Shown here: positions 49,101 to 63,240 of the stretch, one piece after another | How positions within the stretch are numbered: the stretch's first letter is position 1 | How the letters are laid out: each line of letters starts with the position of its first letter | Assembly: GCA_038496445.1 (NCBI GenBank) | Contig: JALMLS010000062.1 | Location: forward strand, 310,001 to 374,000 | Origin: Trichosphaerium sp. ATCC 40318 | Taxonomy: Eukaryota > Protista > Tubulinea | Direction: 5' to 3' | Length of the DNA stretch: 64,000 nt | Program-made: the position numbers and the translations under genes | The notes under the pieces: generated by a model | Told to the model about the DNA's origin: nothing | Seen by the model: the letters and a program-made list of their open reading frames with translations, nothing else | Databases searched by the model: none

Positions 49101-52100
49101 CACAAAAAAAAATAGAAATAAAAATCACAAACGAAAAAACTTACTTTGGATTCAATGTTGTAGGCTCTGCGTGTTGTGAACTCACTGCATCAAATTCAGC
49201 CTACAAATAAAATAAATACGACTACAACACCACCACAAATGTCAAAAGGAATAGTGAAACACATACGTCAATACAAAGTTGTTCTCCAGCATGTAAAATA
49301 CACATTTTAACTTGTAGTTGAACATCTTTCTTTCGCGGAAGTTTCCACCGTTTATCATCAAAATCAATAGCTGACGCCTCTAGAACTCTCACACTACGAG
49401 AAAAAGCATTAGACACGTGAAACCCTCTACTTACGCTAAAAGAAAAAGGTACCGAAGAGGGTCACCAAGATCCCAAGATCGTATAATATCAGCACGCTCT
49501 AGCTCCTTATTGATTGGCATGTAAAGACTCTCAAGTCTCATCCTATCAAAAGAAAATTTCCTTGCTTGTTCTAAGCTCAATATCTTTTGTTTTATATTAT
49601 CAGGTAATGAGTCCTATACGAATTTACAGGTAAGAACAGAGCGTAAAAAAACTCGAAATACTATTTCTGAAAAAAACGAGAATGTCGAGGTAACGCACCC
49701 TTGTCAATAATAAAAAGTCTATATTTGTTCGTTTGCGTATCCACCCTCTAACGTCTTCATTGGCTGCAAGTTTCATACCATGAACCAAGTATACGTTTTG
49801 ACCACGTAGCTAAAATTATTAGTAAGTTGCTATTACTAAAAGAGCGTATTATGGAGTACCTTGAGAGCGTAATCGTCCGAATCAGAACTTACAAGCTGGG
49901 TAGTTGTTTTTATAATTTGGTCAATAACTTCACGTGCAGTACATGTGACTAAACAATGAATAAGTAGAGTCTCAAAAAATAAATAAAACAATAAACAAAA
50001 GGTATATTCAACTTACGATTAACATTAAGCACATGCCCACTACTCTCTTGAGTGTCTCCAGGGAGGTAATAAAATATTAAGAAAGTTTTTGGTAAGTAAT
50101 CTGATACAGAAGGAGGCAAAGTGTAATAATGTGAAACTCTTGTTCGTCTGTAGTCATAACGCATCATTTCTGCCATAACACTAAAGTTGGAATATTAACA
50201 CGAAGCCATGGATTTCGATTATTTAACCACGACCACGTACTTTGCCATTCTTTTCCTGAAATAAAGAAGCTCTGGTGTTGGTTCAATTCGTATTCCAGAA
50301 ATAGCCGCTGATACCATGTTTTCAACACGTGTATGCTATGAATAATGAGCATACATGAAAAAAAAATAAAAAACAAGGAAAACGTTTATCATAACGTGAT
50401 GACACGTGATTTTTGGAAAAACTCACTAAAATTTTTCTCAAATTTTCTCATCATAACAAGCGTACCTCAACGCCTTGCACAATAAATATTTTTGCTTTGA
50501 TGTTATACTGTCTGCAGAAAATAATATAAGGAACATCCTTTAATTTCATCTTAAGATCAGTCATATAATCATGTTCTTCAGCACGGAACATATATAACGA
50601 GAAATCTTCTTTTAATTTAACATTATGAGGTCCTAAAATCTGTACATCTATCCAAGCTTTCACCTGAACATGTTTTGTAAGAAAAAAAGCCACTCTGATA
50701 AAAATATTGTTTTGAGCGTCAAGACGTACAGCACCAAGCGACTGGTGTGTCTTCAATTGAACCCTGAATGCTCTATTGACCTCAAGAATACTAAACGTAA
50801 CAGTCATAACAGGTGGAACAATCACACAAGCCGAATGTCGCTGTATAAACCGAGGATGTGTATTGTGACGCGCATCATCAGGCTAAATATTATTTTTTGT
50901 TAGGTCACAAAGCTTCGCTGTGGATAGTCTTCAAAAGTTTTTCTATACCTTTTCATTGTCTGCTGTGTTACCTTCGTTAAGTAGAGCAAGACTTTTACCA
51001 TCCTAAACTCCGATTAGGAATCATTTAAAAAGAAAAACATACAGAGTCTGATATCGCCCTTGATTTACGTATACTCTTTCTCCTTGCAGTTACAAGTTTA
51101 TCTATTCCAGATATTAATATATGCCACGCGTTTTATATTATTAAAAAATACCTAGAGAAGCTGTACTAGCCACTGAAAGAAGTCCAGCTCCAGCTCTCGG
51201 TCCAGCAACAACAATATCATCATCTTCCGAACTATCTTCTTCTCCGCAACTACTACCTGATTTACTTAACCTCGTAGGACTCCTATATCCATCTCCCTAT
51301 GAATGACATGAACACGTGATGACAAGAATAGCGGATCTACCTTTTGTAGTCTTTTTTGTCTGACATTTTTAATCTTCAACCTCTTGGCAATATCCTTCGC
51401 ATGTACCATAACATCCGTAATATTCTTCCTGTGGCCACTGGGTACTTGACTCGTATTCTGAGGCTTCTTGCTGCTTGTTTCTGCATGAAATGTTTTTCGA
51501 CTAGGATATTCTCTCAGCGATTTTCCGATATACATAGATATTGAAGAATAATGATGAATAATCAAACACGTGACACCTACTCATTGAAGTAATTATAACT
51601 TGCTGGTTTCCATGTATTTCCGCCGCCATTACGCGCACGGTCCTCAAATTGCTCCTTGAGAGTTTTCACCGAGAGACGGCTCATTATACGAGCGGGAGAA
51701 CTAACAAGCAGCAAAGAGTATTAATCAAAAAAAAAAGGTTTGAAAAAAGATGGTTTAAAAGAAAAGTTTCCTAGCTTTGGATTCCTTACATTCTGTGGGC
51801 GCTGATCCTATACCTTTGTCCTGGCCCTTCAATGGAAAGTCTCTTTACATCTGCATAATCACCAGAGCTCCAAACGGTCCGAAACCTTTTGCAGCCCGTA
51901 GGTAACAACACAAAAACAAACAGTTTGACCAGATATCACGAGTGTGCACGTGTTTGATAGCGGTTTTTGAAATAAAAAAATCGGAAAGAGAAAAAGAAGA
52001 AAATACAGGGAGAAGGTTGTATGGTTTTCTTTATAACTTGATAACCAAAGAAACACAAACGAAAAAAAGAGTGCGTACCTTTTATGCTTTTTGTTTCTTT

Positions 52101-52939
52101 TGAACTTAGAAGGCGAGAGATCACGTATCTTGTACTTTCCAGGAGCCTTCCCAGAGTCACCTTTAGATCCTACTGTTGTTTTCTCTTTATAAGAAGAACT
52201 ATCAGAAGATCCTTCTGTCCTTGCGGGCCTCAATTCGCCATTGACTTTACCTATGGGAAAAAAAAATTACAAAAGTCTGCCAACAAAATAGGTTAAAAAA
52301 GCCTTCACATACACAAGTTTTTTTGTAGTATTTTTATGGTATACTGTATTGTAAAAAAATATGAATTAATCTTTTATCACGTGATATCAAGAGACAAATA
52401 ACAAAAGATGAAAAAAAAAAAAAAAATGTACAACGTGATTAATAAATCCTAAACGGACCTTTGCTTTGGCCTCCGCGCTTCTTGGGTTTATCTAATTTAT
52501 GCGTATTGTTATTGGTTGAGCGTGGTTCAAAAATCCCCATATTCAATATAGTAGGTGGATCCCGTGCATTCGTCTCATCCCACGTGAGTTTTCGTTGTTT
52601 CTCTTCATTGACGGGCAAAGAAGCCTGTAAAGGATTACTGAGCGAACGATGCTTTCTCACAGGTTCTCCTCCATTCTCATCTACTTTTTCTTCTGCAGAT
52701 AAACTGAGGTTGATTAAAAAATCATGGTCTTGGTCTAGTTGTTGTAACAGAGAGTCAATCTCACTTATAGTAGTCTCTGGTGTTATCGTCACATCTTGCG
52801 AAGTACGAACGTGTCCTCTTTTTCTTTTAAATACGTTTGCTAGGTTACTACTTGCATGCCCATTAGCAGACGATGAATCGCCATTTAATTTATTTGTTTC
52901 GTTGTAATTTTTTTCCTTTTGTTGTTTAATATCCGTCAT
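46146..52939 (-). CDS. Class I-type phosphatidylinositol 3-kinase catalytic subunit with a long N-terminal extension, many introns
   Basis: FKVGDDLLQDQLTLQMFRIMD, LGIGDRHNDNIM, FHIDFGRFLGN, RDRAPFVFTPDM, helical domain IRSYAVKQL...LLQLVQAL, and upstream C2 and Ras-binding-like exons. Confidence 0.95.
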
Positions 52940-53838
52940 AGTCTATACCACGTGCGCGCTATTATGACTATCGATAAAGCGGTGTCGACATGGTCTTAAT
53001 GCGAACTAGAACAATAAAATGGGGAGTCAATTATGTTCTAATTAGTTTCGGTTTCCACGCCGTGTTAACGCGATACTTCAATGTACACGTACAAGGCGTG
53101 AAAGTTTTAGAAAAACGTGAAGATAATTTATCGATCACGTGACCTTTGAAACAGCTATCTCCTCTTAGAAGTTAGACAATGTTATTTCAATACCATAAAA
53201 TGCAATGGGGGTCCATACAGACAAGTATAGGAGAATTGCACCTTTATTTTACAAGCGAGTTTTTTTCACGTTTTCGGACTTTTTGAACTTTGTTGGTCAC
53301 GTACTCACATCCATTGCATCTGTGGGTGTAGTAAATTCTTCAAGAGTACGCGTGGCGAGGAGTAAAAAGTCATTGAAACCTGATACGCTCGTGCGCAGCA
53401 TTTTAATGTCATTTGAAACGAATTCGCTGTATATCGTTAGATTAATGCGTAATTCAGCGTAAGGCGTACACTACAAGAGTTGAATTTTCTACTGTTAGCG
53501 TTTTTGATATTTTTTCTTGTTTAAGCTCTTCATCAGGTATCAGAGAGTTTAGAGTGTAAGTTGCCCATGTTGGGGTTGGGTATTCAACACGTAACGTACT
53601 AAAAATCATATTTAATGGTACTGGAGCAATATTTGTGCGTGTTCGTACTATTTATACATTGTATGAGATTCTTCTGTGTCCAAAGCGCGTTTGCTTCCAG
53701 ATACTTCCATGCACCAGCTCAACACTGTCGCTTTATGTTGTTACAGGCGTTAGAACCGTTTAATACAATTTATGCTGACTTGACAGTTAAATGCAAAATA
53801 CTCCAATTTTCATTATTTTTTACAGTAGGATACTAATA

Positions 53839-56800
53839 ATGAAGCGTAAGCGTCAAGCCGCGAAACCGCAACAACAGAAAAAGCAAAGGCGCGAAACAAC
53901 AAAGAACGATCGAAAACCGCTAGAATTGTTGGGGACGCATGGATTTTTGACATTAGATACAAATACAAGGGATTTACGCCGTCATTCGTGTTTTAAAGTC
54001 AAGTTTCCAAAAATCAACGATAAACCCACCACAATAACTATAAAACGAGAAGAATGGCGATTTGAGACATTTGTAATTTTATTTCCACCAAAAGTAGCAA
54101 AATCGAACAAAACTATTAACTGGAGCGATTTATCGTTAGATTGTGGTCAGGTACGGCATTTTGATCTTGACACGCAACTTTTTATGCATTTGATCAATAA
54201 AACCTCCAACAACGCTGACAAACGCATCTGCAGGCGGGTCAAAGGAAAATAGAGCTAGAATCAATTTCTACAGAATCTGTAATTCAAATGCTGGGCGCCC
54301 AAGGCGCTCAAATCACTTCTCAATTGACTCAGTACCGAACGTTATTATTTGACACTACTTTGACGTGTCCATGGACGCAACAGTGGCGTTCAGTGTATTT
54401 TTTTCCAATATATAGACGGTACATAACTTTTTTTTTTGTTGGTCTTGTTCCTTATTACTTTGTTCAGTGGAGAGGATGTATTGTCTCTTCCTCGTTTACT
54501 AGATTATTATAAATCAAATGGTGGTTGCAGTGTATCCGTGGATAGATTATTACAGTCTACAACTAGTAGCAGAGTAAGCCCATTTTTTTGTGTTATGATT
54601 GCATGTTCTTGTTTGTAAATATCACGTGTAGAGTCGGAGTGCTGTCCAAAATAATGATTTCAATGGAATGATTGTGCGACATCCTAGCCGTCCATTACCT
54701 TTTCGTGTAGATTCTATAACGGGTGGAAACGTAAGTCGTCAGTATTAGTATTTGCTATTCAAACAGCAACCTCTTTTTTTGAAAATCTTTTTTGTTAGAA
54801 TACGTGCTGTTATGTCTTACGTTATGTTTAGGGCTCTCTTCATATAATACATAAATCCTATAAATTTGTACGATACATGCCAGCAAAAGAATCACATGCA
54901 CTCAGCGTTGATGGCACAACATTATCAAAAATTTCAAGTTTCGAAAAAGTTACAGAATCAGAAGAAAACGTTGATGAAGACTCAAAGTACCCAACTACTA
55001 CCACAAGTACAACTGGATTCTATGCAAATGTATTACAGGTACGTTAGGCATCATATATATCAATAAAATGTGACCAACATTAACCAAAATTCTTCTGCAA
55101 CAGATGGCGCTTATGATGCCAGTAATTATTTATGAAATGCAAATCTGGATTGCTTTGGGTGATGTTGGTCGTAAGATGTTTAAATCGGTTAATGATAGCG
55201 CTGTAGAACGTTCTGGTCTTAGAAGGATTCTAGCGCATCCGGCATTAACACGTATATACCATCACTATGCCGAGCATGTTCGGATTTTATCTTCTGCTGT
55301 TGGTCATCCACCTTTTTTTTCAAGCGGACAAACAAAGACTAGACGTGTTGGGTATATAAGACAGCTTACTAATGAGCATTTCAGTCCTGTTGATGAGTTT
55401 CTTCAATCTATTGTACTATCAAACCAACGATTAGAGTTTCTTGGTGATGCTGTGTTAAGGTTTGATTCATCTCGTGCTTTTATGAATCTATTCGATGAAA
55501 GTGAAGGTACAGTTGTTTTTTGAAAATCGTTCACTTGTGTCTTTGCACAACGCTCTTTTACTATGATTATTTACATTCAAACAATGTAAATATTTATTTT
55601 ATAGTATTTAAAATTGTGCATATGCCTTTCAGGGGCACTAAAGTTTATAACTTTGAGTTGCAAGTTGATGTTTTTTGTTGTTTTGTTTGTGTTAAATAAT
55701 TTCTTTACAGGGTGGATGACAAAGATGAGGTCGTTTGTTTCAAGTAATATAACACTTGGTGTTCTTGGTCAAGAGAATTTTGATTTATCCAAAATATTAA
55801 TACATAAAGAAGACGACTTGTTCACAAAAGGTAAAAAAAACAAACAAATTTTCTTGTTTTGTTCGTATTGTTGTTATTTTTTATCGTGCACTGAAAACAT
55901 CCATCTTACATCTATGCACTGCCTTTATCCTCGAAAAATCAATATTAGCTTTTATTTTTCTGTGCACTGTACTCTAGAACGAATGACTTTCTTTTTTTTT
56001 TCTTTTTTTTGTCAAGTGTATTTGTACATTAACACAACTCTGTGTAGAATCACGTCATGCTTTTTCTGTTATAGCAGATGTTATAGAAGCTGCTATTGGT
56101 TGTCTATACCTTGAAAAAGGCTTTGATGCTGCTACATTTTTCATTGCAAATCTTTTATTTTACGATGCAAAAGATAAACAACATTACCTTGATTTATGGC
56201 ATAAGTCTCCCGAATCTCTTTTTGATGGCGAATCTGATAGGTACGGATATAACATATTATCCAATAAGTATACACAATACTATTAAACGTCACATAAGCT
56301 AAATGAAAGCGTTCTAAGAAACAAAGAGCACAAAACTTTTTACCATGCCTTAAACAGTTAGTTGTTTAAGTCATAAACTTATTTTGGTGTTTAGGCACAT
56401 GATAGAGGATTCGAATCTTTATCGCCATTTCACATACCTTGAATCTATAACTGGAGTTAAATTTAATCAAATAAAGCTACTTATAGCAGCTTTTACAAAA
56501 CTACCAGGAGCTGACAATGAAACTGATCGTGGTACAGCAAGACAAAGACTTGAATTCTTTGGTGATTCAATACTCGAAATGGCTACATGTAAATACATCT
56601 ATGAGCAGTTTCCTATGGCTACAGAAGGTCAATTAACGGTAAGAACCCATAATCGATATCACGTGTTCACTGTGAACTAACTTTAACTAACAGACGATGA
56701 AGATTACAATTGTAAATAATGATAACTTGGCTGCCTTAGCAAGGTCTCTAGGGTTTTGCCATTTCTTCCGTTCTACTATACTACAATCTTTGAGCGATGG

Positions 56801-57072
56801 AGAGTCTGTATTCAAGCAGATAAGTAAGCTACTTGCTGATACTCTAGAGGCATGGCTAGGCGCTATATTTTATGATCAAGGCTTTGAACGTGCAGGTATG
56901 TTTGTTTCAATTTTTATGTTTTTTTTCAATTTTTATAAAAATCGTCTTTGTCATTGTGCACTACTACTCCGAGCTTGGATTTGCCCGCCGCTTATGTTTA
57001 TATTTAGAACTTGTTATTCGGACAATTCTTGAAGGTAGTAAGCATAAATTGGCTAAGATAGCTGAATATTAA
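53839..57072 (+). CDS. Drosha-like ribonuclease III (central domain + two RNase III domains, no evident dsRBD), multi-exon
   Basis: NQRLEFLGDAVL..ADVIEAAIGCLYLE and RQRLEFFGDSIL..ADTLEAWLGAIFYDQG; bipartite NLS; linker and central-domain segments resemble animal Drosha. Confidence 0.85.
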
Positions 57073-57161
57073 CCTTGAATAAAACCAAAAAACATTGTAC
57101 ACAATTTTTTTACGTTTGCAGTTTCAAAGTTGACTACGAAATGTTTATTAGAGTTGTACTC

Positions 57162-60100
57162 TCAGAGTATGCCATACAATATTGTTAAAAGAGTGAATAA
57201 GAGAGTATAGTATGGTACTCTGTATGATGCACTTTGTGAAAGTTCTGTATCGGTTGCCCGAGAGACAGTATTAGGTTCAGCAATCACAACACCCTAATGT
57301 TAGACAGTTAATTACAGCATCGATTAATACACGTACAGTGACTAGTATATCCTGGTCTGCAAGGGTAGATATTGTTTCCTGTACTGCTGATTGGTCATCT
57401 AAATAAGAACTAACAGTAGGCGCCAAATTTCCATTTACTCCTATTTGTGCAATATATTTAAGAACACATGTTCAAAAAAACCCTCGAAAAAGTTGAAAAT
57501 AGCATTTCAATACCTGTAGTAATTGTAACAGAAACAGTTGTACTTGTTTGTCTCTTAGAAGTTGTACTTGGTCGTTGACTAACTGTAACATCAGTTAAAT
57601 TAACATTTAATACTGTAGCTACTACAGTCCCAATAGCGCTAAGGTCGCTAGCAGGAACAGGGAATGGATCAGAAAGTATAAACTCAATTGTAACCTCTAA
57701 CAATCAAAATGTCAATAAATCACGTGTACAAAAGTAGAGGTTCATACCGTCAGTGACACACTCTGGACTAGTGCTTGAGAATGTTACAACGCCCGCACCA
57801 AGCGTCCAAGAGCTCTGTTGGCCATCAAAATTATATCGGAATGGTTGGTTTGAAGGAAAGAAGGCAGCACTTCCTTCAAATAGGGTTGGTACTATTGAAG
57901 TATCCAAAGGTGTTGGTGTTATACTGTTGCTTGATCCGTAGCAAATGTCTACAGATGACAACTACCATCTTTTAGTTGTTTTTGTATTGTATCTATGAAG
58001 TACGTACAGTTGTATCCCATCCAAGGATGGCGGTATAATTATCTGGTTCATTTATAATGATACAATCCAACCGTGGTTGAATCTTTTGAGATGTAATTAA
58101 TGTCTGGTAGAAAAGAGAATGCCAACGTACATTCGGGATTGTTGCTGGTGGACAATTTTGTGCGATTGGTTCAAGTGTAGGAACAACAGTTGGTGCAGTT
58201 GTAGTTGGAGAAGCAGTTGTTGTTGGCGAAATTGTTGATGGCGACGCTGTTGTTGGAGCAGCTGTTGTTGGTGAAACTGTTGATGGCGACGCTGTTGTTG
58301 GAGCAGTTGTTGTTGGTGAAACTGTTGTTGGCAAAGCTGTTGTTGGAGCAGTTGTTGGTGCGTTTGTTGTTGGTGCAGTTGGTACTATCACAATTAGGAT
58401 CAACAATTTCTTATGTTACACGTACAATCACAAGTAAAAATACCAAAAGAAGGTGTAAAAACACTTGCATAGATAGTATTGCTGCTGTCTTGTGTGACAA
58501 CAATTAATTGACATTGGCTTTTACTAAATAAAGCCTCTATGTTAATAAGATCATTAGTCCCTACAAGTGATTCTGTTATATTTGAATCAGTTGCTCTAAA
58601 ACCGACAACACCAGTATCAAGTGCTTTGCCAACAAGGACAAATTCTGAGATTGTAGAGCTGCCAACACCGACAGGCTTGACTATTGTCAAATTTGTGCTG
58701 ACTAGCCCCAAATTCACAGTAGTGAAGTCAGAAAAGCATGTGAAATTATGTCTTTGTTCTATACTGTCGCCAGTAGTTGTAGCGTATGTATACAAGTTTT
58801 GTGTATCATCGTTGAAAGCAATACTGATAGTTTCAAGCTCAAGAGCAACTATAGACGCTAGTTCATCCAATGGCTAACTCAAAATATCAAAAAACAAACA
58901 AACATGTAGTTCAAATTAGCTCTAACGTACCCTTGAATTATTGCTGTAAAAGAACAACTTAATATCAAAACCTAGCATCTGGGCCTGAACTAAGCACCCT
59001 GGTTCAACTTGTACAAGGGATGAAAACTTTTTGTCATCCAATTCACTATCAGTTACTAACAATAAAAGGATAAGACACAAAGACATCCTATTGTATTTGA
59101 CGGTACCATTAAATGTCTCAACTGGGTCTCTATCACTTGCAATAGAGTAAAGGTAACTAATTGTGGAATTACGAGCATATACAAGGAAGTCACTGCCAAC
59201 TAAAGAAAAAACAAAGTTAAACTTTTGTTGTACTTGGATTGACCTATCACGCGCCTTGAAATGCATTAAATATACCAACAGAATCGCTTAATGTACCCAC
59301 ATCAATAGTAGTAAAATTTTTAACAAAATCCTATCCGTAGCTGGGTTAACATTGGTTGAAACTTGTTTTTCTTTGACAGAAGAAAAAAACAGGAATAATA
59401 AAGTTGAAAGTACATTATCAATTGTAGAAAAGTGATAGAAATTGTATTGCCACTTCTCAGAGAAACTTGAGTAATAAAACGCTGGAAACTCGTCTCCATT
59501 AAACTCGGGAATAACAATCTCTTCAGCGCCTTGAATAAAAATAGGTTCATAAGTGGGGCCTTCAGCAAGCAAGCCTACACAAAAAATGTAAGTATTTAAC
59601 GAACAAGGTCTTGTCTATATGTTGATATCCACCCCCACACGGCCTTTAATTGCATGTTAGCTATGTGCTACTAGTGTATGCGTTTCAGGGCGTTTCTACT
59701 TTGCGGCAAAAGCCGAATATTGTGCGAGTTTCCTGTCATTTTTTGGCGTGTTTACAAAGAAAACGAGGTTTTAGTTGTTTCCTCTCCCTCACAATGCCCT
59801 TGAAACGCATACGAATAGTCACACTTGCCTCTCCTACGCAAGTAAAGGCCATACAGAGCTGAAACGTGAAAGTGTATCTACGTGCCAGCTGGTTCTGTAA
59901 TGAAAATACTCGATCCTGTTGAGATACCTTCACCGGCGAAGAACGCTAGTTCTGGTGAGTAGAACGGCAAATAACGCGCGTACCAGTCTGAACGGTGAGA
60001 ACGTATACTTGTTGCCCGTTTACCGTGGCTTGTATTATATTAGGGTTGGTGTGCGTAGTAGAGCCCCCTGGTAAATCAATAGTGGTAAAAGTATCTAGGT

Positions 60101-60233
60101 CAAAAAACGCGTTCGCAGATGCTCCAGAAGCCACTAAAAAGCGTATTAGCCAAAACCCAGTACCAATAATACGTATACCTTCCAATAGGCCCGAAAACAC
60201 ACACGCAAACATTATAACACGTAAATATTCCAT
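57162..60233 (-). CDS. Cell-surface mucin-like protein: signal peptide, beta-rich N-terminal region, Thr/Pro repeats, small beta-domain, SEA-like region, GPI-type tail
   Basis: (PTTASPSTVS)n at about 58180-58385; QPRLDCIIINEPDNYTAILGW; SKRQ dibasic site; C-terminus SQSASYRVPYYTLLFTLLTILYGIL*. Confidence 0.75.
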
Positions 60234-61273
60234 CTTACACGTTTTTAATTGTGTAGAGTTGCAAACAGTAATTTTTGAGACAACTTTGTAGTAAAAACGT
60301 TGGGCGAAAATCTATTTTCGTAAAAGACAACTAAAACTCCTCACCAATAACAAAGAACAGTATCAATCGATGACACAAATGGCTGACATTTCGTGAGCGA
60401 ATGTAACGGTTCTTGTCCTGAGAAAGGCGGCAGGCGCGACCGAAAGCGAACAGAATAGTTGGTTACATTCGCGTACATTGAACACCAAAAGCCAGAAATG
60501 ACGAAGAATACACTTGTCCGGCGCCGCAGATTTTTTGTGGCGACTCTGTCTTGTGCGAAAATTTATAGCGCTGTAGCTACGATTATTAGCAAGCAGGTAA
60601 CAAAAGCGCTAGAATCAAACCTGTTGTACCTTTTTTGATCAAATATACATGAAAATTAACGTTTCAAAGGCCACGTGTTAATGTTTTGTGAATAAACAAA
60701 CCACACTACCCAGATAGTCGGTTTTAGAGTGTACATTATGTTTCCCTTTATTTGCGTAGTTATTATAATAACACCAATACTGGTTATGTATGGTGCGCTT
60801 TGTATTTTGGACGAAAAGGCTGATGTCCCAAAACCGTAATTGGGTTCTTTTTTTCATAGGTTGTGAACATACACTAAACAAACGAAGTTCAGGAGAAGCG
60901 CCTTTGAATAGCACAGTACTGCTAAACTTGTATTTTGGTGGCGAAACTATTTTTGCATAGATACAAAGTAAAGAAAAAACTGCAAATTTTTTTTTGATTG
61001 TTTGTGTTTACAGAAATTCTGAAATTAGCCGAAAGCTGTATTGTTTTCGCGTCAGTTGTAGCTAATTACCTTATACACACCATCAAATGTCTGACAATAA
61101 ATACCGTTTTTGAGGTCAATCTTCACGTTGAGATATCATCAAACAAGTAGCAATATCCATTAAAAAAACTAGGTAGCTCAGGAGAGTTACAAAATTAGGA
61201 GGAAAACGGGCGAGCTTTAGGTACTCAATGGGCTCTAATAACGCGTCTGTGTTGCCCTTATAGCGTTTTCATA

Positions 61274-62846
61274 TTGTTGGGCGCACTTGGAGCCCGAAGA
61301 AATGTAAAAACAAGGAGTTACAAACTCTGTTGTGATTTTTATGGCTTAATCATGTTTTTAGGTGTTACAACTATCACAAACGCATCTCCTTATGTCTCCT
61401 ATAAACTACGCTATACTATTACTTTGTTTTATCGTATTATCACGTGGCCATGCTTCTTTGCCTATAAACATATGCCCAGCTACCAATGAAACAATATGCA
61501 CAGCGATGTGCACCTCAGTAACGCCATGGTACCGAAAAATCAAGTTTTTGATTTGATTGTTTTTTTTTTTTGGCCTTCTTAACTCTGTCTAGGAACGGTT
61601 TGTTCTTAGGTATGATTCCAACATTTAGAGACGGTTATATACCTGATGCTAACTACACTATCAATTTGTTCTCGTTTCCTACTCAGAAAACAGCAAAGGT
61701 ACCAACTTCTTATTGATTGGTTTTTTTTTCTTTTTTCTTTGATTATTTGTTGATACTTCTTTGATTGTCTTGGATGTATAGGCTATTTTCTGTAATTAAC
61801 GTAGCCTTGTAACATTACTTATATACCACAGTAACGTTCAAGACTTGTCTTAGCCCAAAAACCCGAATTTGAAGAACTTCCTATTCAACTAAAAAATATT
61901 TTCAGGATTTTTTTTTTGATTTATTGATGAATTAGGCTTGGGTGCTCTCTATCTTTACAGGAACTCCTGGTGTAAATGACACGATTGTAGGTGATATATA
62001 CCCCTTGAGCGATGAATTATCTACAAACACAACCTTATTTACAACTCCGGGATGCCACGGGAGCGTCCGTAGCGTGACAGCTACAGAAAAGACGTTTTTT
62101 GACGGTTTCCTGTGGACAGCTCCACCTGCTGGTACAGGAGATATTCAAGTTGTTGTACGATATCCCTCATACCCGTTTATACCCGCCACGCATAGTTAGA
62201 GCGATAGTAACAACCATTTTTCTACAACAAACCAAAAAAGATCAGTATTTTTTTTGTTGGCTTTTTATTCCGGTATCGCTTTGATCGCCCTTTTTTCTCG
62301 TTTTCTCAATAGTTTGGCCGGCAATACCAATCAAATGGATTTTTTTTTTGTCAGTAATTTGTCACGTGATTTTTGTAATTTTGTTTGTCTTATTCTTTTA
62401 TCAAGTCATGGGTTCTTAAAGATAGAAATGCAGGGGACTGTAGTCTAGATATTCAGAGGCTTGTTGTTGAAGAATTTATTCCACCTCCAACAACAATACC
62501 ACCTACTACCATGCCACCAAGCAACACAACAGAACCAACGATGGCACCAAGCAATGGTACAGAACCAACCATGGCACCAAGCAATGGAACAGAACCAACG
62601 ATGGCACCAAGCAATGGTACAGTACCAACAGTACCAACAAACACAACTATGGCGCCAACTATGGCGCCAACGATGGCACCAAATAACGGAACAACGCCAA
62701 CATCTGAAGCGCCAACAGATGAACCTACTGCACCAACCTCTGTAGCGCCAACAGCTGCTCCAAGAGCTCCACCAAGCGCTGGTAGTGTATTACAAACGAG
62801 TATATTTGCCATTTGTGCCTTGTTTTTCTTGCTTGCTGGGGTATAG
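61274..62846 (+). CDS. Reeler-like domain + Thr/Pro stalk + GPI-signal surface protein; start uncertain
   Basis: GYIPDANYTINL, WTAPPAGTGDIQV, PTMAPSNGTE repeats, C-terminal SAGSVLQTSIFAICALFFLLAGV*. Confidence 0.75.
62515..62630 (+). repeat. Coding 30-bp tandem repeat (PTMAPSNGTE), 3-4 units
   Basis: ACAGAACCAACnATGGCACCAAGCAATGG repeated. Confidence 0.9.
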
Positions 62847-63240
62847 CGCAAGAAACTTTGTAGTTAATTTAAATAAATAAAAAAACCCATTAGTAGGCTC
62901 ACATTTTTTATTACTTTCTACTTGGTTTCATTTATTCCCAATAGTTTGCTTGCTAGCGAGAGAAATTATGTACTTAGACTAGATTTATAACCATATAACA
63001 ACGTGCACCACTTAAAGTAATCTCAAGCTCTGTGTACTACCGTTTACTCGTTTTGACATTCACTTTGGATACGAGCTTCTCTGGCTATCTCGTAGAGAGT
63101 AAATAACATTGCACAGAAACTAACCAGTTATAGAATGAAGAAAGTTTGCGGTTCATACGGTTGAAGCAATGCCAAAAAGTAGAAGAAAATATCAAATTTA
63201 TTGATAACATGTTCTTTTTTGGATAAAGTAGACTCAGTAA

